This document shows, piece after piece, positions 16,718-23,313 of a DNA stretch of 25,187 nt; position 1 is the first letter of the stretch, and the number at the start of each line of letters is the position of its first letter. Origin of the DNA: an uncultured Gammaproteobacteria bacterium (lineage in GTDB: Bacteria > Patescibacteriota > Patescibacteriia > Patescibacteriales > Patescibacteriaceae); assembly GCA_964643015.1 (NCBI GenBank), contig CAZXQE010000001.1, forward strand, positions 1-25,187. The letters are read 5' to 3'. Under the pieces are notes generated by a model. The model was not told the origin of the DNA. It did not search any database and saw only the letters and a list, made by a program, of their open reading frames with translations. The translations under genes and the position numbers were made by a program.

Positions 16718-17372
16718 AAGAGATTAGATTAAGATTATTCTGATAATTGGTTCTAAGTGGCGATAATAAGCCAAATAAACCAGTATGTTGACCAAAACGA
16801 TATTTGGTTAGGATAGTGCTGGAAAAATTACCAAAGGGACTATCTTGACCAATTAAAACGGTTGGTTCATTGGTAGTTTTGTCAAAAAGATCATCAATAA
16901 TTTCTTCCAAGCTATCAATTACTTGAGAAATATCGTAAACCATTGAAAATTGACGAAATTCAGGCTGGCTTAGTAAGCCACTTAAACCAGTATAATAAGA
17001 ATTGTAACGATGAAAAGACCAGAAAACTCCACTGCTGGTTAATTGAGCTAAAACCTTAGCTAGAGGTTTCCAATTTTCAGCGAAATTATCTAAAACTGGA
17101 TCGAGTGCTTTTTTAACTTGGCTATGTGGTTGATTGGGCTTGATCTGTTCTAGTAAAAGACGATAGGCAGCTTCGGTTGGAATGCGACCGGCCGAAGTAT
17201 GTGGTTGAACAATGTAACCAGCCTCTTCAAGATAAGCCAGGTCATTACGGACAGTGGCTGGTGAAAAATCAAGTTGATATTTATCAACCAAATATTGAGA
17301 AGCAACCGGCGTGGCTGATTGGATGTAATCTTCAATTAGAAGCTTTAAAATTAAAGCTGGTCGTGATTCCAT
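16686..17372 (-). CDS. hrcA: Heat-inducible transcription repressor HrcA, short form
   Basis: Motifs SPATVRNDLAYLEEAGY and QPHTSAGRIPT. The start is placed at ATG 17372 because the track's ATG at 17408 falls inside the promoter. Confidence 0.93.
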   Translation of the reverse strand: MESRPALILKLLIEDYIQSATPVASQYLVDKYQLDFSPATVRNDLAYLEEAGYIVQPHTSAGRIPTEAAYRLLLEQIKPNQPHSQVKKALDPVLDNFAENWKPLAKVLAQLTSSGVFWSFHRYNSYYTGLSGLLSQPEFRQFSMVYDISQVIDSLEEIIDDLFDKTTNEPTVLIGQDSPFGNFSSTILTKYRFGQHTGLFGLLSPLRTNYQNNLNLISYVHRVIQEKQ

Positions 17373-17398
17373 AAGGTATAAATTAACTGACTTTTTCG

Positions 17399-17428
17399 AG
17401 TATATCATTGTTAGCAGTCTAGTGTCAA
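17399..17428 (-). promoter_or_regulatory. Sigma70-type promoter of the hrcA-dnaK operon
   Basis: Minus strand TTGACA (17428-17423), 18-nt spacer, TATACT (17404-17399), with TGa extended -10. Confidence 0.8.
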
Positions 17429-17437
17429 GAGTGCTAA
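17411..17437. promoter_or_regulatory. CIRCE element (HrcA operator)
   Basis: TTAGCAGTC-N9-GAGTGCTAA, one mismatch from the consensus TTAGCACTC-N9-GAGTGCTAA. Confidence 0.95.
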
Positions 17438-17448
17438 ATAATTAAAAT

Positions 17449-17482
17449 AAAAACCGATTAAATCTAGGTTTAATCGGTTTTT
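17449..17482 (-). terminator. Intrinsic terminator after the wHTH gene
   Basis: AAAAACCGATTAAA-TCTAGG-TTTAATCGGTTTTT, a 14-bp inverted repeat; it insulates the CIRCE promoter. Confidence 0.85.
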
Positions 17483-17506
17483 GTAGAGAAAAATTTAAGC
17501 TGATTA

Positions 17507-18088
17507 TTAAAATAGGGAAAGTTTATCAATAACAATTTCTTTTTGACTTTGTAAGATTTGATAAACAAAAACATCAGCCATGCTGCGACGATAATTAAAT
17601 TCTTCCTGATCCATTAAGGTATAGCGGACAGAGTGGCCAACCCCCTGTTCAATTTTCTTTACTAGATCGCCAAGCCTGGTTTTATTAAAGTGATCACTAA
17701 TAATAAACAGATCGGTTGGTGCCGTAACATCGCTGGTAAAAAAACCAGTTAAGATAAGTAAATCAATGTCACCAAGTTTTTGTAAATCATCTAAGATTTT
17801 GCTTTCTTGACCAATTTCAGCTTTAGCTAACAGAGCTCGTAATTCAGGTAATAGATAAAAGTTTTGATCAACCTGATAAAACTTTTTGTCTAGTTTTTGA
17901 GCGCGGTTGTTTTTAATTAAAAGTAAACCAATATTTTCGAGATTGTTTAATTCTCGACGAACGGAGTTGAGCTGCAAATCTAATTCGCGGGCTAGCTGAC
18001 GAATGTAGAAACAATCTTCTGGACCGGCGAATAGAAAGAGTTTTAGGAGTTTTAGCCTAGCTTGAGAGCTAAAGAGTTTTTCTAGCAT
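17507..18088 (-). CDS. Winged-HTH protein fused to a degenerate nucleotidyltransferase-like domain
   Basis: N-terminal LFSSQARLKLL...FYIRQLAREL...NSVRRELNNLENIGLL is ArsR/MarR-like wHTH. C-terminal LILTGFF...PTDLFII...VRYTLM is in the MNT/Pol-beta pattern but lacks GS and DxD. Confidence 0.75.
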   Translation of the reverse strand: MLEKLFSSQARLKLLKLFLFAGPEDCFYIRQLARELDLQLNSVRRELNNLENIGLLLIKNNRAQKLDKKFYQVDQNFYLLPELRALLAKAEIGQESKILDDLQKLGDIDLLILTGFFTSDVTAPTDLFIISDHFNKTRLGDLVKKIEQGVGHSVRYTLMDQEEFNYRRSMADVFVYQILQSQKEIVIDKLSLF

Positions 18089-18115
18089 ATGATTATGCTT
18101 GAGTGTTTTTGGGGC

Positions 18116-18178
18116 TGTATAAAAAATGTGTTAGCCCTTGTATAAAAACATAATATCTTATATAATTATTTTCGTCAA
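18116..18178. promoter_or_regulatory. Overlapping divergent promoters plus a TGTATAAAAA direct repeat
   Basis: Plus strand: TTGTAT (18138-18143)-N17-TATAAT (18161-18166). Minus strand: TTGACG (18178-18173)-N17-TATTAT (18155-18150). Repeat copies at 18116-18125 and 18139-18148. Confidence 0.6.
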
Positions 18179-18229
18179 CATTTTTATCTGAAGAAAGAGC
18201 TTTTATCTGTTTTCTTCAGTTTTTCTAAT

Positions 18230-20644
18230 ATGCCTTACAAACTCGCCTCCTTACTCCTCAGCTCTGAACAAAAAAGCAGTTCAATCGCTAAAATTGCTTG
18301 GGCCGAAGCTGAATCAGGTCAACCAGAAAATGAAACTCATTTTTCTCGGGTAGGAAAAATTTTTAGTTTAGTCGAAGTTTACGCTAACAATGCCAAAGCA
18401 TTATTGCTGCTGGATTTTTTTAGTGAACGTCCTAAAGTTAATTATTATCAGCAACCAGGGATTGATCAAAAGGAAAAATTAAATCTTGATGATTTAGAGA
18501 AATTTTTTACGGCGGCTATTCAGCAAACCAATAATGAATTAAAAGATTTTTTAACAGAAAATAAGATTGATTACTCAGAACCAGAAGTTAATGCTACGGT
18601 TGGTTTATTGACAGACAAGGGTTTGTTTTTGGCCTCAATTGGCCGCAACCAAGCTTGGACTCTTTCGCCGGAAATGATAGTGGGAAAACAGATTGCTAAA
18701 ATGATTGTCCCTGAGGATGGTGAAGTTTCTAGCCGCTTTTTTCAAGAAATTTTTACGGGCAGTTTAAATAAAAATAGTTATTTGCTTATTAGTAATGAGG
18801 CTTTGGCTGAGTATATTGAGCCAAATACTGCTCTCAATCTTTTAGCTAATAAATCACCATTGATTGGCGTTGAGAAAATGCGTCATTTTTTACAACAGAC
18901 TAACCGTCGAATTGATTTTCTTGGCTTGGTGATTAAGCATTGTAGTTTGAGTGAACAAGATAATGATAGTTGTGTTGAGATGCCAGTGAATACGGTCATT
19001 AATGGTGCTCAAACTAGCACTATTCCAACCAAATTAACTGGCAACAATTTACGTCTGACTGAAGAAAGAACGGAAAAAATACTTAATCCATCCGGTTTAG
19101 TTAAGTTTAAGCAATTTTTACTCAAGTTTGGTATTTTTAGCCGCGATCAATGGCAAAAGTTAATCAAAAAAAATTGGCGTCATTTTTTTCAAGAATATTA
19201 TGAAGATATTCGTGATGGTTATTTTGAAATTAAAGAAAAAATTAGTCGTTGGTCAATTTGGCCTAGAATTGCTAAGTATAGTCGGTTAAGTGGAACAATT
19301 ATTAAAGCTAGCTGGTATAAAATCGAACCTAGGTTTAAAAATGTGAGTAATCGATTTTTAGCTTATTGGTATAAAACAGCGCCACGTCGTTGTCGGCTAA
19401 CTGAAAAATATTGGTTACCAATCAAGCAAAAAGCTGCGCCAATGTTTGTTTTGATTGGTAAAATTAAAAATAAAGCAGCTTGGCGTCCAACAAGTACTTG
19501 GCAAAAAATGTCTAAGCGTAGTCGCTTATTTTTAATTTTAGTTTTAGTCTGTTTAGTAATGTTAACGACTGGTTTATTGTGGCAAAAACATGCTCAAGAA
19601 GCGGCAGCAATATTAAAACAGCAAAATGATAAGATTACTTTAGTTGATCAAAAACACAATCAGATTGAGGCTAATCTTCTCTATAATAATTTAGATTCAG
19701 CTAATCAAAGCTTGAATGAGGTTGAAAGTCTAATTAAAGAATATCAAGTCAGTCAAACTGAAATAACGACTGAAATTAAAAGTCGTTGGGAAAAAGCAAT
19801 TGTTAAGCAAGAAGAGTTATTGGGTCGCGTTCGTCATATTTATACTCTCCAAGGTGGTCAAAAAATGAATGGCCAAATCAGTCAACCAACTTCTACTAGT
19901 AAGGTAGCTCTTAAGTTGAATGGCCAACTATTAGCCTGGTCAGATAGTCAAACTAAGCAAATAAATTATCAAAACTCTCGTCAAGAATGGCAGGTAGTTG
20001 CTTGGCCAGACAATTGGCTAGAAATTACAGCCACCGCTTCCGATGGTCAAAGCTGGTATTTTATTGATTCCAATGGTCGCTTAGTAGAACTTAGCCGTGA
20101 AGGTCAGTGGAAAAATTGGGAATTGGATAAAAAAGTTGAACAAGTTAAAGCGTTAGCTTTTTATGGTGGCCGAATGTATTTGGTGGCCAAAGATAGTCAG
20201 ATTTATCGGTATCAAAAGCAAGGTAATAAGTTTATTGGTGGTCAGAAATCTTGGAACAATGAAAAATTGCCTGAAGGTGAAATTGTTGGACTGGCGGTTG
20301 ATGGCCAAGCTTATGTTTTTTATCAAGATGGAAAAGTGTTTAAGTTTAATAATGGTCGAAAACAAACAATTGAGATCAAGGCAGTTGAACCTAAAGTAGT
20401 TGGCTGGTCTAATTGTCAAATATTGGCTGATAGTGAAGATTTTTATTGTTTGGAGTCAAATGGTCAGCGAATCATCCATTATAGCAAGGATGGCGATACA
20501 GTGGCTCAATATAAGGTTGCTAAAAACATCTTAGCGGCAGCTATTAATAAAACAGCGCAAGCTATTTATCTTTTAACCGATCAGGCCATAGAAAGATTTA
20601 CTCTACCAACTGAACAAAAAAACCAGCCAGTTGATTCTAATTAG
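18230..20644 (+). CDS. 804-aa single-pass membrane protein: N-terminal PP2C-like (probably inactive) domain, TM helix, coiled region and C-terminal putative beta-propeller
   Basis: Long uninterrupted ORF. FLASIGRNQAW and YLLISNEAL align by eye with PP2C GDSRAY and SDGL. TM LFLILVLVCLVMLTTGLLW at 19526-19582. Repeated short beta-strand motifs (LAFYGGRMYLV, LAVDGQAYVF) in the C-terminal third. Confidence 0.75.
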   Translation: MPYKLASLLLSSEQKSSSIAKIAWAEAESGQPENETHFSRVGKIFSLVEVYANNAKALLLLDFFSERPKVNYYQQPGIDQKEKLNLDDLEKFFTAAIQQTNNELKDFLTENKIDYSEPEVNATVGLLTDKGLFLASIGRNQAWTLSPEMIVGKQIAKMIVPEDGEVSSRFFQEIFTGSLNKNSYLLISNEALAEYIEPNTALNLLANKSPLIGVEKMRHFLQQTNRRIDFLGLVIKHCSLSEQDNDSCVEMPVNTVINGAQTSTIPTKLTGNNLRLTEERTEKILNPSGLVKFKQFLLKFGIFSRDQWQKLIKKNWRHFFQEYYEDIRDGYFEIKEKISRWSIWPRIAKYSRLSGTIIKASWYKIEPRFKNVSNRFLAYWYKTAPRRCRLTEKYWLPIKQKAAPMFVLIGKIKNKAAWRPTSTWQKMSKRSRLFLILVLVCLVMLTTGLLWQKHAQEAAAILKQQNDKITLVDQKHNQIEANLLYNNLDSANQSLNEVESLIKEYQVSQTEITTEIKSRWEKAIVKQEELLGRVRHIYTLQGGQKMNGQISQPTSTSKVALKLNGQLLAWSDSQTKQINYQNSRQEWQVVAWPDNWLEITATASDGQSWYFIDSNGRLVELSREGQWKNWELDKKVEQVKALAFYGGRMYLVAKDSQIYRYQKQGNKFIGGQKSWNNEKLPEGEIVGLAVDGQAYVFYQDGKVFKFNNGRKQTIEIKAVEPKVVGWSNCQILADSEDFYCLESNGQRIIHYSKDGDTVAQYKVAKNILAAAINKTAQAIYLLTDQAIERFTLPTEQKNQPVDSN

Positions 20645-20673
20645 TTTTATTTGCTTGATTGGTAAATTGAGAA

Positions 20674-20712
20674 TAATAAAAAAACCAACCGTAAAGGTTG
20701 GTTTTTTTATTA
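20674..20712. terminator. Bidirectional terminator between the 804-aa gene and rplL
   Basis: TAATAAAAAAACCAACC-GTAAA-GGTTGGTTTTTTTATTA. Confidence 0.85.
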
Positions 20713-20728
20713 CTAAGTAGAAAATTAC

Positions 20729-21151
20729 TTATTTTAAGGTAACTTTACCACCAGCTTCTTCTAATTTAGCTTTGATAGCTTCGGCTTCTTCTTTCTTAAC
20801 ACCTTCTTTAACCATCTTTGGAGCGGCATCAGCTAGGTCTTTAGCTTCTTTCAAACCTAATTCAGGAACGATTTCGCGAATAGCTTTAATAACAGCAATC
20901 TTGTTGCTACCAGCATCGCTTAATTCGATATCAAAACTGTCCTTTTCTTCAGCAGGAGCAGCATCACCACCAGCAGCTGGGCCAGCCATCATCATAGCAG
21001 GAGCAGCAGCGCTAACACCGAATTTCTTTTCCAAAATTTTGACTAATTCAGATAAGTCTAAAACAGACATCTTTTCAATTTCGTCAACTAATTTTTGGAA
21101 TTTAGCAGGAACTTCAATTTGTTCCTCAGAATTGTTCATTTCTTCAGTCAT
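20729..21151 (-). CDS. rplL: 50S ribosomal protein L7/L12
   Basis: Motifs [27 protein letters not shown] and GGKVTLK, with an acidic N-terminal extension. Confidence 0.98.
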   Translation of the reverse strand: MTEEMNNSEEQIEVPAKFQKLVDEIEKMSVLDLSELVKILEKKFGVSAAAPAMMMAGPAAGGDAAPAEEKDSFDIELSDAGSNKIAVIKAIREIVPELGLKEAKDLADAAPKMVKEGVKKEEAEAIKAKLEEAGGKVTLK

Positions 21152-21181
21152 AATATTAAGATAAGTCCGATTTAACGGATT

Positions 21182-21715
21182 TTAATTAGCTTTTTGATCA
21201 GCTACTGCCTTAAGGACAGTAACTAAACCACGCAAATTGCCAGCGAGAACATTGACGAAACCGCTGATTGGCGCATTGAGGGTGCCAACCAAGCGAGCTT
21301 GCAATTCCAATTTGCTGGGCAAACTGGCTAGGGACTCTACTTCTTTAGCGGAAAGTAATTGGCCATCAAGAACACCACCTAAAAAGGCAATTTTGTCTTC
21401 ATGGTCTTTTTGAAACTTCTGAACTAATTTAGCTGGAGCTACTTGATCGCCATAGGCGAAAATGACTGCTACTTGGCCAGAAAAACCCTTAACATCAGGT
21501 TGTTCGTTTAGTTCTAAAGTGCTTAGCGCTCGATTCAGCAAAGTTTTCTTGATTGCCAAGAATTCTCCTTGTTCGCTACATAGTTTATTGCGCAATTCTT
21601 CGTTGTCTTTAACAGTTAAGCTATTAAAACCAGTAAAGATAACTGAACTAGCTTTAGCTAATTTAGCATCAAGGTCTCTTAGAATAACTTCTTTCTGTTG
21701 TTTTGTTTTTGGCAT
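21182..21715 (-). CDS. rplJ: 50S ribosomal protein L10
   Basis: Motifs MPKTKQQK, KKTLLNRAL, LASLPSKLEL and LVGTLNAPISGFVNVL. Confidence 0.97.
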   Translation of the reverse strand: MPKTKQQKEVILRDLDAKLAKASSVIFTGFNSLTVKDNEELRNKLCSEQGEFLAIKKTLLNRALSTLELNEQPDVKGFSGQVAVIFAYGDQVAPAKLVQKFQKDHEDKIAFLGGVLDGQLLSAKEVESLASLPSKLELQARLVGTLNAPISGFVNVLAGNLRGLVTVLKAVADQKAN

Positions 21716-21726
21716 AATCTCTCAGT

Positions 21727-21833
21727 AAAAATAAAAAAACTGCCATGTAACAATCGCAGTCCGACCTTTGGAGTGAGTCAAAAAAATTTGTCTCGGCAGG
21801 ATTTATGGCTGAGCCACCCGCTGTCTGCGACTA
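21727..21833 (-). promoter_or_regulatory. L10 leader (L10-L12 autoregulatory RNA) with terminator/antiterminator
   Basis: Minus strand CAGACAGCGGG-TGGC-TCA-GCCA-TAAAT-CCTGCCGAGA matches the L10-leader core. Downstream, ACTGC...GCAGT is followed by a T-tract. Confidence 0.8.
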
Positions 21834-21852
21834 AGTATTACATTGTATTTGT

Positions 21853-21881
21853 ATTTTAGATAAAATTTTATTTTTTGTCAA
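21853..21881 (-). promoter_or_regulatory. Sigma70-type promoter for rplJ-rplL
   Basis: Minus strand TTGACA (21881-21876)-N17-TAAAAT (21858-21853). Confidence 0.8.
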
Positions 21882-21899
21882 TAGATATAGTGCTTTTGT

Positions 21900-21928
21900 T
21901 TGACCAGGTTTTTAAAATGCTGTATAAT
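21900..21928 (+). promoter_or_regulatory. Sigma70-type promoter for the receiver-like gene
   Basis: TTGACC (21900-21905)-N17-TATAAT (21923-21928); a GGAGG Shine-Dalgarno motif follows at 21953-21957. Confidence 0.75.
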
Positions 21929-21963
21929 CAAGGCAAAATAGTTCTTTTCAACGGAGGTTTGTT

Positions 21964-22344
21964 ATGGAAAGGAGTAATGTCTTGATTCTGGGTTACGATG
22001 GTCCAGTTATTGGTGTCTTAAGCTCAGTTGTTAATCGAGTCATACCAGAGGCGACAGTTCATGTTAATGAGTTAAAAAATGACAAAACACCTGATTTCAT
22101 TATTTATGAATTAATGCCACCCCATTCTTATTTAACTGGTAGACGACGTGATGATTTACTAGAAGTCATTAAAATGAAAGACTTAAAAGAGTCTAATCCC
22201 GATACAAAATTAATTATTCTAGCCAATTATCCTGGCGATGCTGTAGCGAAAACAGTTGCGCCAGATTGTTTGTTGGAAAAACCAACTTTTACCGATGATT
22301 TAGCTAGCTACTTGATGAAACAAGTGCGAGAAGCAGCTATTTAA
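21964..22344 (+). CDS. Stand-alone atypical CheY-like receiver-domain protein
   Basis: NVLILGYD (beta1), PDFIIYELM (beta3, with E at the phospho-Asp position), KLIILAN (beta4) and LLEKP (beta5 Lys-Pro). It has its own promoter and SD. Confidence 0.6.
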   Translation: MERSNVLILGYDGPVIGVLSSVVNRVIPEATVHVNELKNDKTPDFIIYELMPPHSYLTGRRRDDLLEVIKMKDLKESNPDTKLIILANYPGDAVAKTVAPDCLLEKPTFTDDLASYLMKQVREAAI

Positions 22345-22394
22345 TTTTTTTATTTTTTTTTCATTAACCTCTCTACTCAATCCCCTAAACCGCT

Positions 22395-22420
22395 AAGACT
22401 CATCTAACCGTGAGTCTTTT
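22395..22420 (+). terminator. Intrinsic terminator after the receiver-like gene
   Basis: AAGACTCA-TCTAACCG-TGAGTCTT followed by TT and a T-rich run. Confidence 0.7.
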
Positions 22421-22436
22421 CTATTTTTATAGATAA

Positions 22437-23309
22437 TTATTGAAGGTATTTAGCTTTATTGGCTTTGTGTTCTTCAAAATTACGGCTAAAAATAGTCTCG
22501 CCAGTATCGGGTCTAGTTAAAAAGAAATTATAATCATTGTTAGTTGGATAGATAGCAGCTTCAATAGCCTTAATACCAGGATTACTGATTGGTCCAGCTG
22601 GTAAGCCGTAGTTGGTGTAAGTATTATAGGGTGATTTGATGCGTGTTTCTTCGTAAGAATATTGTGGTTTATTTTCGCCTAAAATATAAGCTAAAGTGGC
22701 GCAAGATTCTAATCTTTGACCATTAGCAATTCGGTTCCAGAAAATACCAGAAACCATTTTCATATCTTTAGTGGAACGGACTTCTTTTTCAATCAAGGAA
22801 GCCATGGTGATTATTTGATAAATGGTTTTGCCTTGTTCATGAATATCTTGACGCATTTTAGGTGTTAATTTGCTATCGAGATTGTCGAGCATTTTTTTAA
22901 CAACCTCTTCTGGAGTTGAGTTGGCACGAAAACGATAAGTATCGGGAAAGAGATAGCCTTCTAGCCCAGCCTTGTCTGGCTTATCAGCTAGAAACTGGTA
23001 TGTGGTTTGATCTTGTTCTGAGTTATTGGCTGTTTTTAAAAACTCTTTAGCCGTGAAACCAATTTGACTAGTGGCTAATTTTTCAGCAATTTGTTGATTG
23101 TTCCAACCTTCAATAACGGTTACGGAGCGATCAGCTAGGGCAGCTTCTTTTTCTTGCCAATAAACTTGGCGTTGGCGACGAGCTTCTAATTTTTGATCAA
23201 TATAATAAAGGCCACTAAATAATCCAGTAAAAAAAACCAAAGCCGAAAACCAGGCTAGCCCCCGTCGACTTTTTTTAATTGGTGGTTGATAGTTGTAATA
23301 GCTAGGCAT
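22437..23309 (-). CDS. mltG: Endolytic transglycosylase MltG (YceG family)
   Basis: N-terminal TM; motifs LEGYLFPDTY, ASLIEKE, NRIANGQRLESCAT, SPYNTY and GLPAGPISNPG. Confidence 0.95.
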   Translation of the reverse strand: MPSYYNYQPPIKKSRRGLAWFSALVFFTGLFSGLYYIDQKLEARRQRQVYWQEKEAALADRSVTVIEGWNNQQIAEKLATSQIGFTAKEFLKTANNSEQDQTTYQFLADKPDKAGLEGYLFPDTYRFRANSTPEEVVKKMLDNLDSKLTPKMRQDIHEQGKTIYQIITMASLIEKEVRSTKDMKMVSGIFWNRIANGQRLESCATLAYILGENKPQYSYEETRIKSPYNTYTNYGLPAGPISNPGIKAIEAAIYPTNNDYNFFLTRPDTGETIFSRNFEEHKANKAKYLQ

Positions 23310-23313
23310 GGTT

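Noticed and set aside
9582-17374. Short ORFs inside gatB, miaA, dnaJ, dnaK/hsp20 and hrcA
   Set aside because: They are fully nested in conserved genes and have no independent promoter or motif evidence.
17373-17408. Upstream hrcA start at 17408 given by the ORF track
   Set aside because: It lies within the promoter, upstream of the predicted transcription start. The track's starts at 409, 3208, 5620 and 7288 were likewise moved downstream.
20153-21728. ORFs 20153-20419, 20163-20399, 20772-21164 and 21462-21728
   Set aside because: They are shadow frames of the 804-aa gene, rplL and rplJ; the 130-aa antisense ORF mirrors the Ala/Glu/Lys-rich rplL codons.
22350-22375. Minus-strand AGAGAGG followed by ATG AAA AAA AAA TAA (MKKK*) in homopolymer tracts
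   Set aside because: It is only four codons, and no frameshift in the A-runs yields a long ORF. It could be a gene remnant but cannot be supported.
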